Below the pieces are notes generated by a model. The model saw only the letters and a program-made list of their open reading frames with translations, did not search any database and had not been told where the DNA came from. DNA of 64,000 bases. It comes from Alphaproteobacteria bacterium (lineage in GTDB: Bacteria; Pseudomonadota; Alphaproteobacteria; JANQMY01). The stretch is taken from positions 85,539 to 149,538 of the forward strand of contig CBDDFL010000001.1 of assembly GCA_965227095.1 (NCBI GenBank), given 5' to 3'. Of the stretch, positions 27,078-35,101 are shown piece after piece (position 1 is the stretch's first letter; the number at the start of each line of letters is the position of its first letter). The position numbers and the translations under genes were made by a program.

Positions 27078-27620
27078 TTAGCTTCTACCGTCGGGATCAC
27101 TTTCGCCGCCATCCTTCCAATTCTGTTGAAGGTCTGTCCACAGTTTGGACTGCTGATCAGGCGAGTCGAGACGGGATTGAAGATAAGTTCGCGGGCTGGG
27201 GGGAACGATATGGGTGTTTTCTGTTTGGGTCCACCATTCCGGAATTGACCGAATGGTAACAAGAAGAGATTGCATGATCACTTCAAACGATTCCTCATCC
27301 AACAGGCCCTTTTCGTACAATTGCAACGCGTCATGCGCATTTCCCAAATAGCGCCACATGAACATGTCGAACGACGAGCTGTCCTGCTGGTCCATTGTTG
27401 CGTATCCATTTACCGCCGCCAGCATGATGCGACGCAATTCGGCGTTTTTCGCAACATCCCAAGAGTTGCCGTGAAAATTGCCCATAACGGACCGTGCGCT
27501 TTCGATGCGATAGTTGCGATTTGACTGGCGGATCTGAATCGCGAGGTAAATGAGCGATAAGATGACGCCCACTGCCGCCAAAAAATCTGAAATCGCGCTA
27601 ATGGCTGACCAGTTCATCAT
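27078..27620 (-). CDS. hypothetical membrane-anchored protein (paralog of 27843-28364)
   Basis: N-terminal TM ...VGVILSLIYLAIQIRQSNRNYRIESARSV resembles ...AAILGSLIFVGVQIRQNTLATRRQSLDGV of the neighbour. Confidence 0.55.
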   Translation of the reverse strand: MMNWSAISAISDFLAAVGVILSLIYLAIQIRQSNRNYRIESARSVMGNFHGNSWDVAKNAELRRIMLAAVNGYATMDQQDSSSFDMFMWRYLGNAHDALQLYEKGLLDEESFEVIMQSLLVTIRSIPEWWTQTENTHIVPPSPRTYLQSRLDSPDQQSKLWTDLQQNWKDGGESDPDGRS

Positions 27621-27683
27621 CTTTCCTCTCGTTCACATCAGGGATTTTTAGTTGATTTTCCAAAGGATGTCTTCTCTACATTC

Positions 27684-27729
27684 TCTCGACGGACGGGGGG
27701 ACGGGGTTACAAACTCCGTCCGTCAACGG
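27684..27729. repeat. REP element copy 4
   Basis: ctctcgacggacggggggacggggttacaaactccgtccgtcaacgg. Confidence 0.8.
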
Positions 27730-27842
27730 AAACTGTGATGCAACCAATGTCACTTCTCTCATCGGCCTGACAATGACATTCTTTGATCAGACAGATAATG
27801 TCGCTCGTCTGCAAAACACCTCTTTTATGCGGGGAGAAGGTC

Positions 27843-28364
27843 ATGTCGCTCGAGACCATTTACTATATCGGCCAAACGATTGCCGTTGCGGCGATTCTAG
27901 GTTCGCTCATATTTGTTGGCGTTCAAATTCGCCAGAATACGCTTGCGACCAGAAGACAATCTCTAGACGGCGTGATTGACCGAATTGTTCGGTGGCAGTC
28001 AAGGCTAACCAGCACGCCGACTCATGTGGATAGCTGGGTCAAAGGGCTGCAGAACTTTGACAGTCTTCCCGTTGAAGAAAAAATCCATTTCAATGCCCTC
28101 ATCATAGAAATTCTGGTAACTCTCGAGGCGGGACGAGAGGCCGGTAAGACGGGCGATATTAAGCCTGAAACCATTGAGGCGATGGACGGCATGATCGTCC
28201 AACTCTTCCGAAACGCCGGCGTAAGGGAATATTGGCGCCAAGCAAATTACGCGGCGGATTTTATGGCCTACGTCGATAAAATTACAGAGAAGGTGACAGC
28301 GATCCCCAATAGTGACCCCGGGTCCTTGCCGTTTTATGTACCGCCGGAAGAGGCAACTCAATGA
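27843..28364 (+). CDS. hypothetical membrane-anchored protein (paralog of 27078-27620)
   Basis: GGAGAAGG SD before the ATG at 27843; the same N-terminal TM-IQIRQ architecture as the divergent neighbour. Confidence 0.55.
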   Translation: MSLETIYYIGQTIAVAAILGSLIFVGVQIRQNTLATRRQSLDGVIDRIVRWQSRLTSTPTHVDSWVKGLQNFDSLPVEEKIHFNALIIEILVTLEAGREAGKTGDIKPETIEAMDGMIVQLFRNAGVREYWRQANYAADFMAYVDKITEKVTAIPNSDPGSLPFYVPPEEATQ

Positions 28365-28519
28365 AATGCGATGCAGTCTGGTCTGCTCCCTTCGACATTG
28401 CCTTTGGACTGTGATGACCGGATCAAGTATTGCAGCGTTTGGTTTTTTTGAAAGAGATCTAAGGTTATCCGGCCGTTTATGAACATCATAACAACGTCCA
28501 CGTCATAAAAATTCTTCAC

Positions 28520-28557
28520 TCTCGACAGACGGGTTTTGTAACCCCGTCCGCAGGTTC
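28520..28557. repeat. REP element copy 5 (inverted relative to copy 6; flanks RAYT start)
   Basis: ctctcgacagacgggttttgtaaccccgtccgcaggttc. Confidence 0.8.
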
Positions 28558-28559
28558 AT

Positions 28560-29111
28560 ATGATCCGCCTATTAGATCGGAGAACGTGGCCTATGCCAAT
28601 CGTGCGTATCAAACCGTTTGCAAAAGATGGTGTCTATTTCGTGACGCCGACGGTTTGGAATTGGTACTACCTGTTCGATCGGCACAATCGGTGGCAGATC
28701 ATCGCGGACAGTCTGCGGTATTGCCAAGATCACAAATCTCTCAAGATCTACGCTTACGTCTTCATGCTGAACCATCTGCATTTGATCATTCAGGCGGACG
28801 ATGCCGAAAACGTTTTGCGGGATTTTAAGCGGCACACCTCAAAAGCGCTCAAAGAGAATATTCGCGCAACGGAACCAAATGTCCTGACATTATTCGAAAC
28901 CACTGATAGCACCTGGCGTCTTTGGAAAGCAGATAACCAACCACAGCTGATTGAAACGGAAAAGTTCTTTCGCCAGAAGCTCGATTACATTCACGCCAAC
29001 CCCGTACGCAAAGACGACGGGTCACAAGCCGAACACTGGAAATGGTCATCCGCTAATCCGGATAGCCCTCTAAAAATTGAACCGTTATCCTTATTGACGG
29101 GACAGCAATGA
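28560..29111 (+). CDS. REP-associated tyrosine transposase (RAYT, IS200/IS605-like Y1 HUH)
   Basis: HUH motif MLNHLHLIIQ and catalytic Tyr region LDYIHANPVRK; 183 aa; flanked by inverted REPs. Confidence 0.85.
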   Translation: MIRLLDRRTWPMPIVRIKPFAKDGVYFVTPTVWNWYYLFDRHNRWQIIADSLRYCQDHKSLKIYAYVFMLNHLHLIIQADDAENVLRDFKRHTSKALKENIRATEPNVLTLFETTDSTWRLWKADNQPQLIETEKFFRQKLDYIHANPVRKDDGSQAEHWKWSSANPDSPLKIEPLSLLTGQQ

Positions 29112-29149
29112 ACCTGCGGACGGGGTTACAAACCCCGTCCGTCAATGGC
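29111..29149. repeat. REP element copy 6 (flanks RAYT stop)
   Basis: gaacctgcggacggggttacaaaccccgtccgtcaatggc; the outer arm gaacctgcgg is the inverse of ccgcaggttc at copy 5. Confidence 0.8.
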
Positions 29150-29187
29150 ATAGGCAGCGTTGTCAACGAGAGGCGGCAGCACGTTTA
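29150..29187 (-). pseudogene. 12-codon remnant of a second PhyH-like gene start fused to REP copy 6
   Basis: The rc reads GTG-LPPLVDNAAYA..., compared with the intact PhyH N-terminus MLPPVVDNAADA; about 80% nt identity over about 100 bp to 26921-27030, including upstream sequence. Confidence 0.45.
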
Positions 29188-29418
29188 CGTCCGTATTTGT
29201 TTGGGCGGCTGAAGACGCTTCTCAGTATGGCATAGACATGATGCGTGCTTATCCCGCTCTCTACGCGGGAATAGGCAACATTAGCGAACGAATCACTAAC
29301 CTGGCAGCCTAATTAAGTATAGCAGGTGCCAATTTGGTGGGAAACCAAATGGATCGCACTTGCCCTCCATCGGTGCTTTGTTATTCTGGGACAATCTTAA
29401 CGATAATGGAGGAAGCTC

Positions 29419-29847
29419 GTGTCTACACCGACAGACGGTAGTTTTGACGCCCTAAATCTAGACGCTGTCTTAAACACAGCTGTTGATCAAGCCTCTGGAA
29501 TAATCAGCAGTGTCAAAAATCCTTCGTGGGATAAACTATCGCCGGTAAAGCAGTTCCCCGGCAAAATTTCGAAAAATGTCATCCCAATAGATTTTGAAGA
29601 ATATCGGATGCAGATTGTCACAAAAGTTGAACCCGGCACTCTTGTCGACACACATAAGCATGTGGAATCCGTATTCCGATATGTCCTGGATGGCGACCTT
29701 ACAATAAATGGTCTGGCACACGGACCAGGTGATTGGGTACTTGTCCCTGGAAACACCCCATATCGAGTAACAACAAACGGCGGATACACAGTTCTAGCTT
29801 CTTACGGAGCCAAATGCGGATCCCCACATGACCGCGTCGTTAAGTAA
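29419..29847 (+). CDS. cupin-domain protein
   Basis: ThkHvesvFryVLdGdLti...GpGdwvlvPgn pattern of small cupins; located in a low-GC islet. Confidence 0.55.
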   Translation: MSTPTDGSFDALNLDAVLNTAVDQASGIISSVKNPSWDKLSPVKQFPGKISKNVIPIDFEEYRMQIVTKVEPGTLVDTHKHVESVFRYVLDGDLTINGLAHGPGDWVLVPGNTPYRVTTNGGYTVLASYGAKCGSPHDRVVK

Positions 29848-29926
29848 GACATTGAAACATCAGCACAGAACCTTTGCGGACGAGATATCAAACTGTCGAT
29901 AGATAATCTATGTGGGGTTTCGCTGA

Positions 29927-30616
29927 ATGCCTCTCACCATGACTATATTTCCAAAATTAAATGAGAAGGTACTAATACGGTGGATCGAGACATATTGCGA
30001 GCTCCATGATGTTTCCCATTGTCGTCCAAAAGTTTTCGCCGAATCCGATTGGGAAACCGATATTGATATTTTTGCAGATCAGAACAGTTGGGTGCGCGTG
30101 GAATGGCCTCCGTTATTCGGTATAAACACGGTCCCAGCTTCAGAGTATTTTTCACGAGCGCTTGATTCTGTCGTCGTTTCCTCGGAATTTCTTGATGACC
30201 ACGGATGGACCTATGTGATTCTGGATCGAGGCGTGATCAAGGACAAGTTTGTAAATTCACGTTTCAGATATAACCTTACCGAGGAGGAGGCAAAAGATTA
30301 CGTCGGGAATGCAGAGATTTTGGCTAAACACTTCAACATCCCTACACAGAATATCATTCCGTATTTGCGGCACATTGAAAGCTATGGAATATGGGATGAG
30401 CTAAAAGTCTTGTTGGGCTTAAAAATGAGACCCAAACCAATTGGCAAAGTTTTTTTGGATGACCGCTATCAATTGGATGACGAGCGTGTTTTTTTTGATT
30501 TTTGGCGCCGACTTGGTTTTAATCTTTCTTACGATGGTGCACCTGCAGGAACTGCTCGAATCAAGATAAAAAAAGGCTTTCACGACAAGTTCCCCAAAAA
30601 TCAAATAAGTTTCTAG
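29927..30616 (+). CDS. hypothetical protein (low-GC islet)
   Basis: 229-aa ORF, about 40% GC versus about 60% surroundings; no family recognised. Confidence 0.5.
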   Translation: MPLTMTIFPKLNEKVLIRWIETYCELHDVSHCRPKVFAESDWETDIDIFADQNSWVRVEWPPLFGINTVPASEYFSRALDSVVVSSEFLDDHGWTYVILDRGVIKDKFVNSRFRYNLTEEEAKDYVGNAEILAKHFNIPTQNIIPYLRHIESYGIWDELKVLLGLKMRPKPIGKVFLDDRYQLDDERVFFDFWRRLGFNLSYDGAPAGTARIKIKKGFHDKFPKNQISF

Positions 30617-30647
30617 CGACCTCCACGTTATCACAGCAAACTGGCCC

Positions 30648-31310
30648 CTACTCCACCCGCTCGAAATCCTTGAACAGCAGCACATAGTCTTCCGAGATGG
30701 CGCGGCGCAGGGTTGAGCCTTCGCGGCAGATGACGGCACGGGTAAGCAGTGGCGGCAGGTCCGCGAACACGCGTTCGAAATGGTGTTCGAACACGAACTT
30801 GTCGAAACGCATGAATAGGGTCGGTTCGATTTTTTCATCCGTACGGATACTATATCGGGTAAGGCCGCCTAGTGGACCTAAACCAAGTTCCGCCTGCACG
30901 TTTTCAGCCACCTTGGACTGCCGCGGCGCCTGAAACCGATAGACCGTTTCGACAGGTGACATGGAGATCAATTCCGCTCCCGCGATGGACTTGCGGTAGT
31001 CCGCCGCCACCAAGCCGCCTGGCATGGCCTCCAACCGTTTGGCGTGGGCCAGTTTACCGCGCGCCGTCGCGTCGAGTGCATTCGGGTCGCCCTTGAGCAC
31101 CGTCCACCGCCCGCTTGAGGCGTTGTAGCGTTCGACGATTTCGGGGCCGTCCGCCCATTGAAACACCAAGGTGAACGATAGGCGCAGATCCGCATGGGCT
31201 TCGGCCTCTCGCAGCGCTTGCTCCACCGGATCGGGCAAGGTGCTGGCCCCTGCGGGCACCGCACCCAATAACGCCCCTATGAGGGCGAGAATTTTGACCA
31301 ATGACCCCAT
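30648..31310 (-). CDS. hypothetical secreted protein
   Basis: Signal peptide MGSLVKILALIGALLGAVPAGAST; 220 aa. Confidence 0.55.
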   Translation of the reverse strand: MGSLVKILALIGALLGAVPAGASTLPDPVEQALREAEAHADLRLSFTLVFQWADGPEIVERYNASSGRWTVLKGDPNALDATARGKLAHAKRLEAMPGGLVAADYRKSIAGAELISMSPVETVYRFQAPRQSKVAENVQAELGLGPLGGLTRYSIRTDEKIEPTLFMRFDKFVFEHHFERVFADLPPLLTRAVICREGSTLRRAISEDYVLLFKDFERVE

Positions 31311-32130
31311 GGGCGTTTTCTGCTATCCTCTTTGGTGAGGGAGGCATCTGACAGCAGAGGCCTCACATGAGAGAGCGAACAAACCGCACCGAGAGTACCA
31401 GAGGGTCCACCAGGGCCCTTTTGTTTTGTGTGGTTAATCGGGGTCACTTTTCCGTTAGGTGGATGACCCCCTGTGTGCCCGTGAATTGGGTTGGCGGCAC
31501 GCCAAATCAGGGATGTCGTCCCAGCCCTGAGCTGGGACCCATAGCCCCTAATTTTACGGGTTTGGCCGAGGCCTTTGTGACGGGAAACGAGGCGTCGTCG
31601 CACCTTGTGTGCTGCGGCGTATGGATCCCAAGCTCGCGGACAGGGTCCGCTCCTTGGGATGACAGCAAGAGGGTGCGGCCGTCCGGTTCCCCGACCGCCA
31701 CCTCCGCGATAACAAGAGCCAAAACGAAACACCGCCGTCATTGCGAGCACAGTGTCTATCCGCTTGGCCCGTTCTGCCCCCACTCGAAGCCACCCGCCAG
31801 GGTACCGTATCCGGGTGCTTGGGAGGGGGAGTGGGTGGCATGGTGATCAAACATTGGATGAACCCCATGCGCCCATCTTCTATGGGCTGCGCCACCCGAC
31901 TCTCTTCTCCACGCCATTGCCTGTCGTGTTCCGGCAATCCAGGGGCCATCTGCTCCGAACAAGCTGCTCTGGATCCCAGGGACAAGCCTTGGGATGACGA
32001 CGGCAGTAGGCCAATCCCTATTGTTTTGTTTTACCGAACAATGTGTTTCGAATTATCCGAATTGTTTTCGAACCATCGCGCCCGCATATTTCCCCCAGAC
32101 GCAATCGAAACCCTTTTGGAGATACGGGCC

Positions 32131-32589
32131 ATGACACAGAATTCCCTCATCTTGCCGGTGTTTGAGCCGCTCTATGACGGCCTTACCAAATATACGGACA
32201 CCGCCGTGCGCGTGGCCGCCGGCTTGTTCCTGGTACCCCACGGCGCACAGAAACTGTTCGGCTGGTTCGGCGGTTACGGACCTGCCGCTACAGGTCAATT
32301 CTTCGAACAGCAATTGGGCTTTTCTAACGGCTTGCTCATGGCCGTGGCCGCGGGCTCCGTCGAATTCTTCGGCGGCATGTTGCTGGCCCTGGGCCTGCTC
32401 ACCCGGCCCGCCGCGGCAGCAGCCTCGGTTCTGCTGTTGGTGGCGCTGACCATGCATGTGAGCAACGGCTTCTTCTGGACAGAGGGCGGCTACGAATACC
32501 CCCTTCTCTGGCTGATCGTGACACTTACCTTTGTTGTTAAAGGCGGCGGCGCCTATTCGCTGGACCGCATGATTGGAAGGGAATTTTAA
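32131..32589 (+). CDS. DoxX-family membrane protein (YqjF-like)
   Basis: DoxX hydrophobic pattern ...AVRVAAGLFLVPHGAQKLFGWFGG...; start set at the internal ATG 32131 (the ORF extends upstream through implausible sequence). Confidence 0.8.
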   Translation: MTQNSLILPVFEPLYDGLTKYTDTAVRVAAGLFLVPHGAQKLFGWFGGYGPAATGQFFEQQLGFSNGLLMAVAAGSVEFFGGMLLALGLLTRPAAAAASVLLLVALTMHVSNGFFWTEGGYEYPLLWLIVTLTFVVKGGGAYSLDRMIGREF

Positions 32590-32590
32590 G

Positions 32591-33562
32591 ATGGGACTGC
32601 TTATCGACGGCGCTTGGAAAGACCAGTGGTACGACACCGGAAAAACCAAAGGCGAATTTGTGCGCCAAGAGGCCAAATTCCGTAATTGGATCACGGCGGA
32701 TGGGTCACCGGGCCCGTCCGGCACGGGCGGATATAAGGCGGAAGCAAACCGCTACCATCTTTATGTCTCACTGGCCTGCCCCTGGGCACACCGGACCGTG
32801 ATCTTCCGTAAGCTGAAGGGCTTGGAAGACATGATCGGCCTGACCATCGTGCACCCCCATATGCTGGAAAACGGCTGGGAGCTGCGCGACGACAACGGCA
32901 ACAGTGTGGATCCGTTGCACGGCCACCGGTTCATGCACCAGGTTTACACCTCTGTGGTGCCGGACATGACCGGACGCGTGACGGTGCCGGTTCTGTGGGA
33001 TACCCAGACCAACACGATCGTGAGCAATGAATCGTCGGAAATCATCCGCATGTTCAACTCCGCCTTCAATCACTTAACCGGCAATAGGGATGATTATTAC
33101 CCCGCTGATTTGCAAGATGAGATCGATGCGCTGAACGAACGTGTCTATCACACGGTGAACAATGGAGTGTATCGCGCGGGCTTTGCCACCACCCAGGATG
33201 CCTATGAAACAGCGTTCGCCGATTTGTTCGACAGTCTGGATTGGCTGGACGAACGCGTGAGCCAACAGCGCTATTTGTTTGGCGGCCGATTGACCGAAGC
33301 CGATTGGCGCTTGTTCACCACTTTGATCCGGTTTGATGCGGTCTATCACGGCCATTTCAAAACCAACAAGAAGCGGATCGAGGATTACGAACACCTGTCC
33401 GCCTATCTGCGGGATTTGTACCAGCACCCCGGCGTCAAGGAGACCGTGGATTTCTGGCACATCAAAGAACATTATTATGTCAGTCAGCGGACGATTAACC
33501 CCACCCAAGTGGTGCCCGCCGGCCCCGAATTGGACTATGACCGGCCGCACGGCCGGGCCTAA
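32591..33562 (+). CDS. Glutathionyl-hydroquinone reductase (Xi-class GST, YqjG/ECM4-like)
   Basis: Active-site CPWAHR motif, YHLYVSLACPWAHRTVI; conserved pairing with the upstream doxX as in E. coli yqjF-yqjG. Confidence 0.85.
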   Translation: MGLLIDGAWKDQWYDTGKTKGEFVRQEAKFRNWITADGSPGPSGTGGYKAEANRYHLYVSLACPWAHRTVIFRKLKGLEDMIGLTIVHPHMLENGWELRDDNGNSVDPLHGHRFMHQVYTSVVPDMTGRVTVPVLWDTQTNTIVSNESSEIIRMFNSAFNHLTGNRDDYYPADLQDEIDALNERVYHTVNNGVYRAGFATTQDAYETAFADLFDSLDWLDERVSQQRYLFGGRLTEADWRLFTTLIRFDAVYHGHFKTNKKRIEDYEHLSAYLRDLYQHPGVKETVDFWHIKEHYYVSQRTINPTQVVPAGPELDYDRPHGRA

Positions 33563-33805
33563 AATTGAAATGCTGATGAAAGGATGAACATCTTGATAGC
33601 AGACTGCGCGTCATACCAGCGCCTGTCGCTGGTATCCAGGGTGAGGCTCAAGGGCGTGACGGCACGCTCATCGTCTTGTGGCCCCTGGATTCCCGCAACG
33701 CGCTCCCGCGCGCGGGAATGACGCCGGGGTTGGAGAAAGGATGTACAGGAACAAACATTATTGGGCAGGCGCAACGTGTACCCGTCCAAATCGTGGAGAT
33801 GTATT

Positions 33806-34510
33806 ATGATCACAACACGGAGACATGAAGACCGAGGACACTCAAAATATGGCGGATGGCTGGACAGCCGCCACAGCTTTTCTTTCGCGCATTATCACGA
33901 TCCGGATCACATGGGTTTTGGCCCCTTGCGCGTGATCAATGAAGACACAGTGCTGGGTGGTGCGGGGTTTGACGGCCATGGCCACCGGGACATGGAAATC
34001 ATTTCCTATGTGATTGACGGCGCCTTGGAACATAAGGATTCCATGGGCAACGGCTCTGTCATCCGCGCAGGCGATGTGCAGCGCATGTCCGCCGGCACGG
34101 GTGTGATGCACAGCGAATACAATGCGTCACAGACCGATCCGGTTCACTTTCTTCAGATTTGGATTGAGCCCCATGCCACGCGGCTTGCCCCCGGCTATGC
34201 GCAAAAGTCGTTTGCGGATATCAGCACGGCAGATGGCCTGGTGCTGGTGGTGAGCGGCGATGGCCGCGGCGGATCCTTGTCCATGAACCGGGATGCGGAT
34301 GTGTATCTGGCGGCGCTTGAGGACGGCACAATGCTGAACCAGGCTTTACGGCCCAACCGGCAAGCCTGGCTGCATGTGATCTTAGGCAATGTGCGCGTCA
34401 ACGGGCAGGATCTGTCCTCCGGCGATGCGGTGGCCATCCGCCAGGAAGAGGGCATTGCCGTTACCGGAACCGGCGACGCCAAAATCTTGCTGTTCGATTT
34501 GGAGGCTTAG
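33806..34510 (+). CDS. Pirin-family protein (bicupin, quercetinase-like)
   Basis: GFDGHGHRDMEIISYVIDG and SAGTGVMHSE pirin signatures. Confidence 0.85.
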   Translation: MITTRRHEDRGHSKYGGWLDSRHSFSFAHYHDPDHMGFGPLRVINEDTVLGGAGFDGHGHRDMEIISYVIDGALEHKDSMGNGSVIRAGDVQRMSAGTGVMHSEYNASQTDPVHFLQIWIEPHATRLAPGYAQKSFADISTADGLVLVVSGDGRGGSLSMNRDADVYLAALEDGTMLNQALRPNRQAWLHVILGNVRVNGQDLSSGDAVAIRQEEGIAVTGTGDAKILLFDLEA

Positions 34511-34950
34511 CGCGTGGCGGACAGGACCGCGAACACATATCCGCCCAAGGCGCCCGCCACGGCTTGGCCCGACATGCCGAGCAGACCGCGGGCGCCTGCA
34601 ATGGGGGTGACACCCCAAAACTGCGCGCTCATGGCTTCGAGCGCCACCACAATGGCAACGGCCCCCGCCAGCACATATCCGGTGGTCCGCAGGAAGGGCA
34701 CAAAATAGATGATGGCCGCCGCCACCAAAAAGGCGATCAAAAAGCCGATGGCCACGACCGCGCCATATGTGGGCGCCATGCCGGTCAGATCAAACCAGGT
34801 GGTGGCCACCCGGTCGGCAAAGGGAATGGGGCCACTGACCTCCGCCAAGGCCGCCAACACGAATTGGGTGTGCGAAAAGCAGCCCGCCACAACCGCGACG
34901 ATCACCGCTACCAAGAATGCAAGAAACACCCTGCCAATTGATGCTACCAC
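34507..34950 (-). CDS. hypothetical integral membrane protein
   Basis: 147 aa, 4 hydrophobic helices. Confidence 0.5.
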   Translation of the reverse strand: MVASIGRVFLAFLVAVIVAVVAGCFSHTQFVLAALAEVSGPIPFADRVATTWFDLTGMAPTYGAVVAIGFLIAFLVAAAIIYFVPFLRTTGYVLAGAVAIVVALEAMSAQFWGVTPIAGARGLLGMSGQAVAGALGGYVFAVLSATR

Positions 34951-35101
34951 CGGACATCCCCCTGTTTTCGCCGGATTATCCTCCGGCTTTATCGCCGCAA
35001 AGAACCGGACATTGTGTGTGCTCGGTCAGCCACGTAAGGTATACAGGTTAGTCTGGTGGGGAATGAAAATCAAAGAGGGCCCAGTGACACTTCTTCATAA
35101 C

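Noticed and set aside
31277-31846. 168-aa minus and 159-aa plus ORFs in the region upstream of doxX
   Set aside because: The composition (GGGGRGTGRPHP and similar) and lack of any domain argue that they are non-coding; the region is treated as a candidate RNA or regulatory tract instead.
31311-32130. Possible tmRNA, RNase P RNA, SRP RNA or cobalamin riboswitch in the 0.8 kb tract
   Set aside because: None of the diagnostic conserved blocks were found by eye. These are the tag ORF ending ...AA-stop, GGAAAGTCCGG/AGGGTGAAA, the SRP domain IV GGAA/AGCAG, and the B12 box. The tract is left as unexplained.
33559-33813. 84-aa minus-strand ORF between the GS-HQR and pirin genes
   Set aside because: It sits in a GC-palindrome-rich intergenic spacer (cccgcgcgcggg), and no protein features were found.
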